Source of the DNA: Marsupella aquatica
Lineage: Eukaryota > Plantae > Marchantiophyta
NCBI GenBank assembly: GCA_973895155.1
Contig: OZ316891.1
Coordinates: forward strand, 19,493,048-19,557,047
Direction of reading: 5' to 3'
Length of the DNA: 64,000 nt
Part shown: positions 21,644 to 51,332 of the stretch, piece after piece
Layout: the number at the start of each line of letters is the position of its first letter
Position numbering within the stretch: position 1 is the stretch's first letter
Notes under the pieces: model-generated
Told to the model about the DNA's origin: nothing
Seen by the model: the letters and a program-made list of their open reading frames with translations, nothing else
Databases searched by the model: none
Made by a program: the position numbers and the translations under genes

Positions 21644-21990
21644 TATCGCAGACCGAGCGGACGCTCAAAGCATGCGCACAAAAGTGTTCTTTTCTTTCAA
21701 AGTTGTTATATTCCTGCTTCAACATATGTGATTTGGTGTCTATAACTTAACACTCATTTGTAATTCAAGTAAAAACATTCTCTGCGAATCGTGGTATCCA
21801 TGCAAAGTATCGCAGACCGAGCCGAAACTCTAAGCATGCGTACATGGATTCCTCTATCTCCGCAAATGTTTTACTTAATGAACAAAGGAGACTAAATTGT
21901 TAAGGTGATATTAAGAAATTCTTGTACGGAGTATCGCAAACCGAACCGAGGCTCAAAGCGTGCGCGTACAAGTGTTTCTTTATATCCCTC
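21644..21990 (-). promoter_or_regulatory. Right-arm block with three ~34-bp motifs, inverted copy of 5318-5667
   Basis: TATCGCARACCGARC.GA..CTCWAAGCRTGCG at 21644, 21808 and 21932; colinear spacers. Regulatory role is inferred. Confidence 0.6.
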
Positions 21991-22108
21991 CATTTGGCTC
22001 TAAGGTTAGGGTTTAAAACACAAAGAAAACTTAAAAAATCACAAAACAAAACACAAACAAACAAAAACAAACCAAAAATCAAAAATAAAAACCAAAACCA
22101 AACACTTA

Positions 22109-22246
22109 CCTCCTCCTCCTCTTCTCCTACTCTCCTCCTCCTCCTCCTCCTCTCCTCCTCCTCCTCTCCTCCTCCTCCTCCTCCTCTCCTCCTCCTCTTC
22201 CTCCTCCTCTCCTCCTCCTCCTCCTCTTCTCTTCCTCTCCTCCTCC
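22109..22246. repeat. Imperfect (CCT)n/(GGA)n microsatellite in the hAT right arm
   Basis: Long CCTCCTCCT... tract abutting a minus-strand GGAG|GTAAGT donor-like site at 22109. Confidence 0.9.
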
Positions 22247-22299
22247 TTTCTGCAAAACCGAAAATGAGGAGGGGGAGGAGGGATCTCCTCCTTTTATCC

Positions 22300-22850
22300 T
22301 CTCCCAAGCCCCCGACCCTTTCCCGGCCGGCCCCATCCTCCAACCCTAAATCTCAAAACCCTAATTCTTCGAGCCTCAATCCCGAACCCCGAACTTCCAA
22401 ACCCCGAACCGGACCCCAAACCCCGAACCGGAACCCGAACCCCGAACCCCACCCGGACCCACCCCGGCCTCCCGGACCCGAACCCCACCCGGACCCCACC
22501 CCGAACCCCCACCGAGCGCCTCCGCCCCGGGCCCGGACCCCACCCGAACCCCCGTACCTCCCGAACCCGAACCCCTCGGACCCGGACCCGAACCCCACCC
22601 GGACCCCCACCCGAACCCCCCGCACCTCCTCCTCCCGGACCCGAGCCGCACCCGGACCCCACCCCGAAGCCCCACCGAGCGGACCCGAACCCCACCTGGA
22701 CCCCACCCCGAGCCCCCAGCGAGCGCCTCCGCCCCGGACCCGGACCCGATTAGTCACCCGGACCCCCACCCGAACCTCCTCCCGAACCTCCTCCCGAACC
22801 CGAACCCCGAACCGGACGTTTCCTTTCCCGGACTGCTTCCGAACCCGGGT
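22300..22850. repeat. Right subterminal C-rich array (CCCGAACC/CCCGGACC) with telo-box-like AACCCTAA
   Basis: Many CCCGAAC/CCCGGAC units; AACCCTAAA and AAACCCTAA at ~22342-22365; inverted relative to the left G-rich array. Confidence 0.85.
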
Positions 22851-23313
22851 GCCGGGTTGTCAATTTGCCGCTCTCAAACGCCCAGTTTGACGGGCAAGGT
22901 CAAACCGGGCATAGAAGGACTATGGTATGATTGTACAATTGGTCGACCAATGGTACCCTGTGACAATCCAAATCTGTCCAAATTGGGGTAAGCTCATTGT
23001 ATGGGGGGAAGGGGAGATGTAGTTATTAGTATGCCACTGGGCGGTACATAGTACATATACAAGTGATACATAGAAGTACAACAGTATGATTACTAGGCTT
23101 TGACCATTGTCCACATTACAGTTTCCCTCAATATCACTTATGCTCAACATTGGTGTTTTATAAGTAAGAAATAACACCTTGTTGATGAGGTTAGAATACC
23201 CTGTGATATATCGTGGTAGCAGTCATGACATACAAGGAAACAGTCCCATTAAGTAATTCTTCAAAGTTGGGTCCCATCAAGGCAGATATCAAGAAATTAG
23301 TTACAAGGTGCTT

Positions 23314-23600
23314 TAATTTTACTTATAAAGCACCAATTGCAAGCTAGAGTTGGGGCCTAGGCTTCTAGAGTAAAGCCTCTAGATCGTAACTCCATGGCTC
23401 ATCATGTGGATGGTAAAGCTCATGACTATGATGTATGTCAAATGATAATTTTTAGTTATGATTTCTATTTATATTAAAAACTGAGCTCTATGGCCCGACC
23501 ATAACATATGTGTATATAAAGAGGGATGTGCAGAGAAAAGAATATGGTATGTCATGTATGATTATTAAAATGATGATTTTTGTATCATTTCACTAACCTT
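23314..23600 (+). repeat. Dispersed repeat, inverted partner of 43265-43555
   Basis: TAATTTTACTTATAAAG..AAGCTAGAGTTGGGGCCTAG..GTAACTCCATGGCTCATCATGT..ATCATTTCA.TAACCTT shared in opposite orientation. Confidence 0.85.
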
Positions 23601-23631
23601 CACAAAATGTGACCAAATATATTTTTTGGTG

Positions 23632-23940
23632 ACATTTTTATTGTACTCCCCATTTTTATTGTACTCCCCATTATTCATGTCGAAAGAACAGGTAATAGAG
23701 TCTTGTTCTCCAAATTCTCTAAGGATACCATTATTCATGTCGAAAGAACAGGTAATAGAGTCTTGTTCTCCAAATTCTCTAAGGATAGAGGCTAGTTCTC
23801 CAAATTCTCTAAGGATGTGGCACAGCATGTTAGTTCTCAGGATAGTGGCACAGAATGTTTAGTTCTCCAAATTCTGTAAGGATAGTGGCACAGAATGTTT
23901 AGTTCTCCAAGTTCTGTAAGGATAGTGGCACGGAATGTTT
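23632..23940 (+). repeat. Compound tandem repeats (exact 60-bp duplication plus ~42-bp GTTCTCCAAATTCTSTAAGGATA units)
   Basis: CCATTATTCATGTCGAAAGAACAGG...TAAGGATA twice, then related shorter units. Confidence 0.85.
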
Positions 23941-24948
23941 TGGTGTGTACCCCCCACGACTTGGGAAGATATGTGTACATGGATTCAAATTGAGATTTCC
24001 AATTGGTTTCGGACGGTAATTGACTTGAGAAACCAGGACAATTGTTTTTCAAGTCAGAGTGGGCCACCCACATCAGAAAAACTCCCTGATAGTTTCTTTC
24101 TGAATCAGATTCAACGTTAAAATCAATGTCACTCTCGGAAAGATCAAAGTAAGGCAGCGATTCCCAATACGATTGGTTGCGAAAGATTTTGTAAAGCCGA
24201 TGGCCTCATTTCTTCTTTCTGTTGAGGAGGTTAAGGAAAGCTTATACTTAAAATGAAAACATTCCAAGCTTTAGACATTCCAAGCTTTAGACGGACTCAA
24301 TTAGATCCTTGTCCCCTATTTGAGACGCAGTTCTGACATTGCAAAGAAATCAGGTCCCTGCAATTGTGTCTAGACAAATACAGGTCACAAACTGTACTGT
24401 AAGCATAGCTTTGTTCAAGAACCCACTGTTGCAGAACAAACATAGACAGTACAGTTCCTCTGGCGATTAGCTAATTGCAGGTCTACATCATTCAAGAACT
24501 CTGAAGCTTCACAGAGTTTCTGTCCTTCTGGAAACTTAGAATTTTCTTTAACTTACAGCGACAAGAGGTCACTAGGACCACACTTCAGTCCTAGGACTTC
24601 CTAGAACTACCGTTCAACGGTAAGTTACCTACTGTAAATTTGTGCGCCACAACAAAGGAATTGAAGAATATTTTGTACTGGCGCTTTGGCTCGCCGATGA
24701 TCATTGCCTATAACTATGAGGGGCCCTACCCTACCAAAAATTGCTCCTCTTTCAGGGGAATGCATCCTGGGTAAAAAAGCTAGGCGACATCCTAGTTCTT
24801 TCACCAGGTCTGTCGACAGCTGTCATGCCCATTCTATAATTTCCGTGAGCCTATGTTACACAATGCTTTCCCCACAACGCGTCCATGTAAACTAACCTGA
24901 CTTTCTAACACTGGTAAAAAATGAGTTTAAATAAATAACATGTTACAA

Positions 24949-41778
<16,830 letters not shown>

Positions 41779-43264
41779 GGATGACAAAGCTGTATCTTCC
41801 TCACAGCCTCGGATCTCGTTTGAGATTACACTCCAAGCGACGTGACAGGTTCCACTAATGCCCATCCGGTGCCACTCTGGCCCGCATTGATAGAACAAAA
41901 AATAGTTTGACAAAGAAGCTGCGAGAGAGGGGAAGATGTGTTAGCCAACCTCGTCGAGAGTGCCCTGTCTTCCTTCCATCGCCAAATTTCACCTCTTGAC
42001 TTTCGAGATGCTCGCTGAGCCGCCACATTCCCTTTCTTCCGCCTGGCTGTCGGACATGAGAGCTAAGGGACTCGAAGGTTCACGGTAAATGCATCTCGTT
42101 GCGTACGTCGATCTCCCCTTTCTTCGCAAAATACTTGAACAAGAATCCACATCAGTTCCGACAAGTCTTTTTAGTAATACAGAACAATGCTTTAGAATTC
42201 AGAGCACTTTCCAATTCACATTATCTTTAACGTGGCAAGCGCCTCAACTAAACTTGTCTCCAGAATTATGAAACGAAGTTCTTGCAGTTTCTGGAGGCAA
42301 GGGAGCCAAAGGCATTTTCAACGGGAAGGAGAAAACAACCACCTCCCAAAATTCAGGGGCCCCCTAATTAATAAACCAAACCCTTACAAATCCAATTCAT
42401 TCCACAAAACTAAAGTAATCCGTACAATGTTCTGCCTTCGAGACGTCAATAATCCAAGACATCCTCGATCTTCTTTCCAATTGAACAAGCTCTCGAGAAC
42501 GAATCAGAAGGAGCTGAGCATACAGCATACAGTTTCCGCATTGGACGGAAACCGTGGCCAACGGGAACAGGGAGAAGCTCGGTTTCGGCAGCCACGGTGG
42601 ATTCCCAGTCTCATTAACAGCCCGATCGATGGAACTCACAACGGAAGGAAAACAGAGGACAGGTCTCGCAGTCATTCAATCAATGGCCACCATGAAAATT
42701 GGAATTTCGCAGGGAAGGACAGGAACAGAGAGAGGAACGTAAACGCGAGAACAGAGTCGCGTGTTCTTCTTTGTGTTCAAAGCAGGCTTGGCGGGATGAT
42801 CAGTGTTCAGTAGAGCGGGCGCGGGTGAGCGGGTGAGCGGGTCAATACGAAGTTACGAAGAGCCGAAAAAGCATGGATGGCATTACGGTTGTTGGCTGAC
42901 CCCCGAGGCTCTGCCCGACGGTAAGGCAGTTCGGCCGACGGCCGCGAAAGCAGGCAGGATCGGGCCGGCCGACGTCGCCCGGACCTCCGTTGACGTGGCC
43001 CTCGACCAGAAAGATTCCCGAGCGGAAGATTCATATTTACACTACTGTACGGTAGTGTAACGAGTTTGACTCTAACGCCCAACTGTAATTCAGGTCTCCA
43101 CAAGCCCAAGACTCACATTTTATACTAGTGTAACGAGTTGATTGTAAGGCCAATTCGAAATGAGATTTTAATTAAGCTGGTCTAATTATCATTTTTTTGA
43201 ACATGAATAACGAAGAGTGATAATGAAAATGTCACCAAAATATGATTCTTATTCATATTTTTTT

Positions 43265-43555
43265 AAGGTTAATGAAATGATAAAAAAAATTATCATGCAT
43301 GTCATTATTTTAATAATCATATATAACATACCATATTCTTTTTTATGCACATCCTTCTTTCTATGCACATATCTTATGGTGGGGCCATAAAACTCATTTT
43401 TTAATATAAATAAAAATCATGACAAAAAACATGCATGATTATAATTTGACATATAACATAGTCATGAGCTTCCCATCTACATGATGAGCCATGGAGTTAC
43501 CCTAAACTCTAGGCCCCAACTCTAGCTTGTAGTTGGAGCTTTATAAGTAAAATTA
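43265..43555 (-). repeat. Dispersed repeat, inverted partner of 23314-23600
   Basis: Reverse complement aligns over ~290 bp with 23314-23600. Confidence 0.85.
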
Positions 43556-43578
43556 GTTTTGGGAGATTTGTTTTAATA

Positions 43579-43930
43579 GGGGGTCTCAAATATGGGCGGC
43601 AACAAGGAATTTGAACATCTCAATTTTGGGGGGCCTGTATGTGTGACTTATGGGTAGAGAAACTAGTCGTGATGGTGTACAATTAGCACAAGAATGCCCT
43701 CAACATACAAAGAAGAGTGAGTACACAAAGCCCGGCTCATGAGTTCATAAATTGGCCCATGATGACCGATCGTCCAAGTCTCTGTCTGGGAATCGAGAAG
43801 CTCTGTGGGAGGAGTGTGCGGGCTAGCTTGAGGCTAGGCTTGAGGGTGTCCTACACATTTTTGGGCCACTTCTGTCCAAATCTAACTCGGGCACCCACAA
43901 AACTTCCCCGTCCTGATATTTGAGACCCCC
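43579..43930. mobile_element. MITE with 15-bp TIRs (PIF/Harbinger/Tourist-like)
   Basis: GGGGGTCTCAAATAT (43579-43593) and ATATTTGAGACCCCC (43916-43930); flanks ATA/TTA resemble a 3-bp TWA TSD with one mismatch; related GGGGTCTC ends near 598, 1230, 1643, 3112. Confidence 0.7.
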
Positions 43931-45424
43931 TTATGTTTGTGAGAAAATTAACAAACGTTCTCCCACAAAAGTAGTTGGAGCTCATTTACCATGTTAGCTC
44001 AAGCACTACCCTTTTATCATCACATATTTTGTACTTTATTACACAAACCTATATTATTTGGTGGCACTTCAAGCTCAATATTTCCAACAACCAAAAAGAG
44101 GAGTTCACAACTGAGCTCATGAATTGGCTTGACAAGCAGGAGACTCGGTCAAAAAATAATGACATTGATCATTAGTTCTGTGTTGGGCCATTGTTAGCGG
44201 CTGAATGAAAAACTTGTATATATAACATTTGCTATACCTAAACTTGCAACCACAAAATCCCCCCACCCCGCAATCCCTCCTGCTCACCCCCAACCCTCTA
44301 CCCATCCTTTTTTCGATCCTATGTCATTTTTTTCTTTAATTCCCCTCAATACTTTCATCTGATGACAATCATTTGAAAGTTTTGGGAAATCTATTTCTAC
44401 TCAAGTTTGTTTAGTAAGTAAGTCCTGAAGCTAGGATGCAAAGCAAAAAATCCTGGCCAGAATGAGCTAGAGACAACAATATTATGACAAAAGAACTCTT
44501 TTGATGCGTCTTTTGATGTTGACATACCCCAATAGCATAGAAACGATATCATGAAAACCCCAAAAGAATAATTGACTAACTTAAAGTACCATCAGTTTAA
44601 AGTGCACACTCTCATCACTAATTGCACACTGTCATCATTAATTATCGACCTTTGATCTCATTCTTGGATCTATGAAATTTGATGACATGCATCTTTTCTT
44701 GTGATCGTTATATATTGTCATCCATCGTCCTCTTTGTTAGTAAAGATAGATCAAATGAGTCTATCAATTAGATTGAATGGCTAGATCAAGTAAATGAAAT
44801 AAATATAAACAATCTATTTTCTAAAAAAATTTAACTAAATAAAATAGTTGCACAAGGTTACTTTCTCCCCCTACTCTTTGTTATTTGACATGTTAGTTTT
44901 GAATCTTCTTAAAGTTGTACTGTTCTCGAGTCTAATCATTTTTGTTGGCGCTGCAACAAACACCGTTGTGTTTGTTTGTCATTTGTGTTTGTGACAGAAC
45001 CCAATGATGTGGTGTAATGACGTGCAAATGTTTTTGCAAGAAACTAGCCATGGGGGTCCACAACCACCACTGGCCATACTTAAGGGGAAAGTGTTCTAAT
45101 CCTCCCCATTTTTCCACATTCCACTCACTTTTCTCCTCTAGAGTGGCAATTTGCTCCATGATTTCTGCAGGAAAAATAATAATCTTAATGGTAGCTATGG
45201 GTTACCTGTAGCTTTGGAGGGCAGGTTTGTTGTTCTAAGGTTGACATTTTTGCACAACCATAGTACAGCAAGTTTGAATGTGATGCCAACTGTGATTCAA
45301 GTCTCCACAAAATGAGGGATTAATTAAGAAGACCCCTTCAGACATACATTCTCACGATTATTTTCAGGCAGCTATTAAGCGCAACTACTACACAAGTTTT
45401 GCCATTTCCTGACAACGCTCAGAG

Positions 45425-45605
45425 TATATCTCATTGGTGTTGAAGGTTTTAGAACATCACGCAAAAACTGTTGTAGACCTTCACCCACAAAAAGACTTTT
45501 ACAGATGCTCTTTGGTAAGTACATCTCATTGGCGTTTACAGTTTTAGAACATCACTCAAAAACAGTTGTAGACCTTCCCCCACAAAAAGACATTTACATA
45601 TGCTC
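45425..45605 (+). repeat. Diverged tandem duplication (~93 bp)
   Basis: ATCTCATTGG.GTT...GTTTTAGAACATCAC.CAAAAAC.GTTGTAGACCTTC.CCCACAAAAAGAC.TTTACA twice. Confidence 0.8.
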
Positions 45606-45857
45606 GTTGGTCTCCACGATCCTGTTGTCGCTTTGTCTAGGCCGTGCCCATCGTCTTAAATCAGTGAAAACCCCTGTTGTAATGATAAGAATGGGGATAT
45701 CAACAGCAGGACACACATGGATAGAAAACTAAGACTGCTATCCAACCTCAGGTCTTTCAACAATCAACACCTATCAATCTGCAAAGTTCAGTTAAGACAT
45801 AATTTGAAGTTGAAGTCTCGTTTGAAGTTGGTAAATATAAGAAAACGAGAAATCTGT

Positions 45858-46033
45858 TGTTCATCTCAGTTAGATTCCAGGTGCATTATTGTTGAAGTGT
45901 TCTAATATATAGTACATCCCCACAAGAGAGATTCAATGATGAAGCTGTTCATCTCAGTTAGATTCCAGGTGCATTATTGTTGAAGTGTTCTAATATATAG
46001 TACATCCCCACAAGAGAGATTCAATGATGAAGC
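45858..46033 (+). repeat. Perfect tandem duplication (88 bp)
   Basis: TGTTCATCTCAGTTAGATTCCAGG...TTCAATGATGAAGC at 45858 and 45946. Confidence 0.9.
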
Positions 46034-48169
46034 GACTTTTGGAAACAAATAAATCTTGACAAGTGGGATGAAAGTAGAGATTTGTGTCGTCGCAGCTGCA
46101 TATGCTCTGTGTGGACATACTTTACATTTTTGACATTTTCATCTTGGGTAATCAATAAGTACAAACTATTGTCTTACCGACTCCCTTTCCACTCAATATA
46201 CTCTAAGAACTAGGTCAGCTGACAATTATTCCTACCAATAAGAGGTGCAAGAGTATGTTCCCTCAATCCACTCTTGAGAAGTATATTATTATCCATCCAA
46301 GGAACCAAGGAAAGTTGCAAGTGTATGTTTCCAATTGGGGTCAAGACAGCTCGTAAACACATGAATTCTTCAGAAAGGGGAAGTCCTTAATATTCCCAGG
46401 CGTTTTCTAGACTTGTCTTAAGTCTCGGGTACAAAGATTCTCTATACGATCAGTGCGTCAGTCATTGCCAATGGTAACACAGGAGTCGAAACCCCAAGTG
46501 GGGTAAAATACTCCTAACCAAGAGTTGTGTCCTTCGATATATTATTTCCAAGGATTTTGACCCAATTTTTATTCGACCACATTTATATAATATTCAATGG
46601 TTTCAAAAATATTCCTTTCTGCATAATTGAATTGATAGTATTTTAGAAGAATAACAATACACGTACCAAACTATTTGAGGAACTAAGCAGTATTGCATTG
46701 CTGTAGAAGCTCATGATCAGGCTTTTGCTGCGTTGCAATTTGTGGTCTAACAAGCAAGAAAAAATGGTGCAAAGACCATATGGTACCCAAGAAAGTCATG
46801 GAGGTCAAATTCTGCTCAATGCCAGTTGAGCTGGATTGGGCATCTTCATAGTGACCATTTCCTCCTTCATATACGCAGATTCTACTCTCAAATTCTTGTT
46901 CAGGGTAGTGTTTAGAACGCACTCCACTTTAAAGAATTTTCACATTAAGTTCGTCACCTGGTTTGAAATATTAGCCTTCCGACCTTTTCATTTCGATTGT
47001 CTTTGATCAAAAAGACCCAAGGTAACGAATATTTGATGACATCCTTGTCTGTGTCATGTGTCTGGTAGAATAAACTCTGCATGCACTTCCGGGTCTACAA
47101 GAGTATGACGGTTTGACTTCAAAAATTTCCAACTACATCTTTTAGTTGCTGTGAAGACGGAAAGTCCTAACTGTTATTCCTTTCATAATAAAACTTACCC
47201 AACAAATAGCCTATCAAAAGACATATCCCAACGAGAACCCTCTCAAAAATGCAAACAAAGAGAATCGTAATTGATTGAAGATACTCAGACAACAGGGTCA
47301 GATAATCTCCAACCTTCCCTTTCCTTTTAATTTTCAACCTCTTCTTTCGCACGCATTTCGATAGGAAATCTTCCGCTCTATAGAATATTTACAAAACCAG
47401 AAACAAACTCTCAAACGGGAGGTCGTTTGAGAGGTCCGGACAATCTACACATCAACTGAGCAACACGCTTACTCAGGTTGTAGCAGCAGCAATCTCTCAG
47501 GCCAGATGAGGCGCCCTTGTGTATGACAAACAAACTCAGCTGATTGCGTACATACTGCTTTCTGAGTTGACTGATAAGGGGGCTCCTTAAGAAAGGTACC
47601 ATATGGTTAACCTGGCCATAAAAATAATACGCAGTCATTGTTTTCATAAGCTTCACATTGCTAGTGCCACCCACTACGAATAACGTTCACAGTTTCCTAA
47701 TGCTTACTAAAAACTTCACCAACGTATATGCACGACACAGAACAGCCAAGTACCTCATATAATTATCAAAAACAATTACTTTTCATTGTAGAAGCCTTTT
47801 GTTGTGGGCCCAAAAACAAGTTTATATCCAAAGAAATTCGACTCGACTGTAGGGTTCTTGAGAAACGTGCTAGCTCTAATTACTAAAACAAGCTTACGGA
47901 CTCGACTAAACAAAGCCACAAATAGAATTCAAAGAATGTTCACCTTGACATCCATCACTAGCTTTTCCAGGTTCGGCTGTTTTAATTGTCAGCAAAGTCT
48001 TTCAGGTACACTAGGAGCACAGTTTTGACCTGAGGAATCATGTGCATGAGATTCAAACCAGGTTTCGTTATCTAATGTTATTACCGGAGGACAGGAACGA
48101 AAAGAGTAGTCCCTGGCTACAGACATGCTTGAGATAAATTACTGAGGGAATTCCTTTGCTTAGACGACC

Positions 48170-51100
48170 TCATTTCCATGTGTGGCGACCTCAAAGTTCA
48201 TGTAGATACTGTCGTGCTTTCATGTGAAATTCTGAAGTGGTACCGCCATCCCATCCAGCCACCTTATCTAATATCTTCCAACGCCATCCTATGATTTTTT
48301 TTCGTTTCTTTTTACCCATTTTAATCTTTCTCATATTCTCATACAGTGAATCAAGCACACTCCACCTTAGTGTCAGACCAATACCTTTCATGACAAAATC
48401 GTGTCGCATGAGGTTGGACCGCAATAGCATAGCTCTGGTGTCTCTTTGGAAATCAGCTCCCGTTTGAAGAGCGCGCTGGAAGGTTGAGTTTCGCTGATCA
48501 GCATGTCGTGCGAATAAAATCTTGTTATGAGAGTCGATGCGGGCCTGAACAAGTCAGCACGTAAGTAGATGCTCCAACTGACTAATCCCATGAACATTCT
48601 CGTAAGTTTCTCTTGTATACTCAATGCATTAGCAAAGTTTGCAACAACCTGGAAGCAACCATCAGTAGAAAGAGTACCTGTATTTGGTTCTCCATGATTA
48701 ATGCCGCAAGTTCCTTCTCAAGACCAGCAACACTCGTCTTGAATGCACTTGCCATAGTGTTGAGGTCAACCGAGATGAAAGGATTTGTATACTGAATGAG
48801 GGCTTTGTGCCTTATTTGCTCATACAAAGCTTCCACATGGTCATAAAGATGAATGTCCAACAAGAGATTTGGCTTCAACTTTTGCAGGTACCCCAGACAT
48901 GATGCATATCGGCTACAGGCAGCAAACAAAACTTGTCAATTAGAAATGCTAGTCTCAAATCCAAAGAGCAATTTTAAAGGTAAAGCGATCACTGAACATT
49001 CGGAAAGCCCAAATACGTGCGGTGACTATATGAGGGAAATCACACAAAATCAAATGCGATGTTAGATCCTCAAAGGCACGTGGCGGTAGGTCTTGTCAAG
49101 CGTAGAAAGTTCAGGACATTCAAAGCAGGATGTGGAAGATGTCAATGATGAGGCTTTACATCGCTTTTCTCCAAAACTAAACTTGCGTTTCCCAACTTTA
49201 TCAGTTCTCAACGAACCTCCTTCAAACGACATAGACGACTTTAATGACCACAAAAGAGATAAATAGCTACACCATAAAAAGCATAATACCTGGCATAGAA
49301 GTCGTGAATCAGTTCTCGAACTTCTGGTACCAACTCCAAAAAGTTCCTGAAGTTAATATTGTCGATAACCTTGCTCTGATAAAATTACACATATCAGGGT
49401 TTACAATGTGAATTGCTCCTGAAGGCCCTTACTACTATGTACGTCTATAGCGACCAAGTCCTCGACAAAAAGCCCACAATTATTGCAGATGAATGGATGT
49501 CCCAAACTATTTGGAAAAATAATTCCTACCGTTGACAAAAGAATCGAGCCACTAATTGTACTTGATAAACCCAAATTGGCCAGCGCAGAAAAGAAACAGT
49601 TACGAATCACCATACCTTCAGCTCTGCCCGATCAAACGACGCAAGAGCACAGAGTCCACCATATGTGGCAACATCTTGAGGGGCAATGACCTCCGTAAAG
49701 TTGTTCCCCAACTCAAAGTGGGTATCCACGAACTGATGACAAGAGCCAATGCAATTAGGACAAATACTTTAATCTCCTCTAAGGAAACAGCAAATATACC
49801 CAGGCACCAGTTTGAAAATTCCTACATCGGTTCATTTTTCAAACGCTTCTATAGTGTCTCATTACGCTATCCATACCTGAACTTAGAACAAAACTTTTAA
49901 CAAGAATTTATAGCTTAATGACCATAAAGACCAAGTCAACTTCAATCAACGAAAGGTGTTCGGAAAAATAAGGCAACCAACCTTCCTTGCGGCTAACTTA
50001 TACTTCTTGCTTTCAAGATGAGCAAGGCCTGCTGCACACCGAAGCTTTGCCAGGACAATAGGATCTTGTACGTCTGGCGTTTGATCAGCCTTGGAAACAT
50101 AATTGGAAACATGTACAAACTGGCCCAACTCAATACTGACCAGTATCACATTCAAACACATGGCAATGATGTGTTTCGAGGTGGTACAATAGTCACGTGT
50201 CCGAACATAGCACTTGAATGCTTGCTGCAAATCGCCTCGCCCATAATAAAAATCTCCCAAGTCATTATACCCCATGCGGATGCTCTCTTTGATCAGGTTT
50301 GTCTGCGAAAAACCACCCATTTTAGTGTCAATCTTAACTCATAAGTGAGAACAAATCAGCCTCGACTGTGGCTGATATGAAAACCTTCACTACAGTGAGA
50401 GAACAGAGAAAGGAAGGTGTTCGTGAAAGCTTCTGTCCAACCCGGAGGGCAATAGGCAGTGAATAGTAAATTAAGATTCAACATCAAGAGGCTCTATGGC
50501 TGAAAGGCGACGGCAAGCAATAGTCGCTGGAGTAAAGCAGAACGATAAGTTACAAAGTCAACCACAAAATCAAATTCCATACTTTCCAATCTTCAAAAGT
50601 CACCCAAACGACATTAAACGTTCCTTTGGGAACTGGAAAATGGAGTCAGAGAATGGTCGTAAAAGGTACCATTGAATCCCACTAATCTTAAATCACTTAA
50701 GGTATTGCAAAGCACGGGTCGTACAAATGATCAGCCCTAAAAACGCAAAACAATTCTCGTAGGGATGCAGTTGAATTCCAATCTGAATTCAATCTCAGAA
50801 CACTTCTGACTCAATTAGGGTTTGGTTGGATTCAACTATAACCTATTCTGCTCTTCATGGGCGTTTCTTTGATTTCTTAGAATGATCCAGAAATGGAGAG
50901 ATGAAATTTCAAGAACTATGCTTCAAAGAAATAAAGACATGGCAAAGATTTACTCATAGCAAGAACCTTATAATTATTAAGTTCCATCTCCAGCTTTTCT
51001 TGGCGTTGTGCTGCTCGCCGATCCACAGAATCCATCCACTCCTGGTCAAGGGTGTACATGGTACCCAGCCGTCCCCCGACCTTCTCCACGGCTTCTCTGT

Positions 51101-51332
51101 AGAGGGTAGTGTTGTCGCCCCTCTTAATCTCATCAAAAGCCATCCGCAGAGCCTCGAGCTCCAGCGCTCTCGAGTGGCAGTGATCCGCAATGAAGTATAG
51201 GCGAGCGATTTTAGTGTGCCCCGAGTAAAGACTGGCATAACTCTCCACGTCCATTTGCTCCGGCCCTGCTCCTCCACCACCTCCACCTCCGCCCGCTCGA
51301 CTGCCAGTCCCTTCCATACTCTCGGTCACCAT
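48170..51332 (-). CDS. CSN1: COP9 signalosome subunit 1 (FUS6/COP11), multi-exon
   Basis: [20 protein letters not shown]; [31 protein letters not shown]; KYKLAARK; [18 protein letters not shown]; PCI domain [32 protein letters not shown]. Last micro-exon (48170-48189) is tentative. Confidence 0.95.

Larger units (their letters stand above)
4553..22909 (+). mobile_element. Large hAT-superfamily DNA transposon with cargo genes (18,357 bp; ~11.5 kb without the nested copia)
   Basis: Termini CCCGGTTT (4553-4560) and AAACCGGG (22902-22909); exact 8-bp TSD CATAGAAG at 4545-4552 and 22910-22917; TGACGGGC/CGTCAAA subterminal motifs at both ends; hAT transposase inside. Confidence 0.9.

Noticed and set aside
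21900-22890. Several long ORFs (up to 322 aa) over the hAT right arm
   Set aside because: Artefacts of (CCT)n and CCCGAAC arrays, which lack stop codons; products are low-complexity only.
42232-43109. ORFs of 193, 85 and 100 aa and an E2F-like TTGGCGGG site upstream of TEB
   Set aside because: Non-ATG starts and no recognisable domains; the site deviates from the E2F consensus and is too short to support.
48191-48384. C-terminal extension of CSN1 suggested by ORF 48191-48430
   Set aside because: Follows a G|GTATT donor and is AT-rich; more likely intron, although the final exon is not proven.
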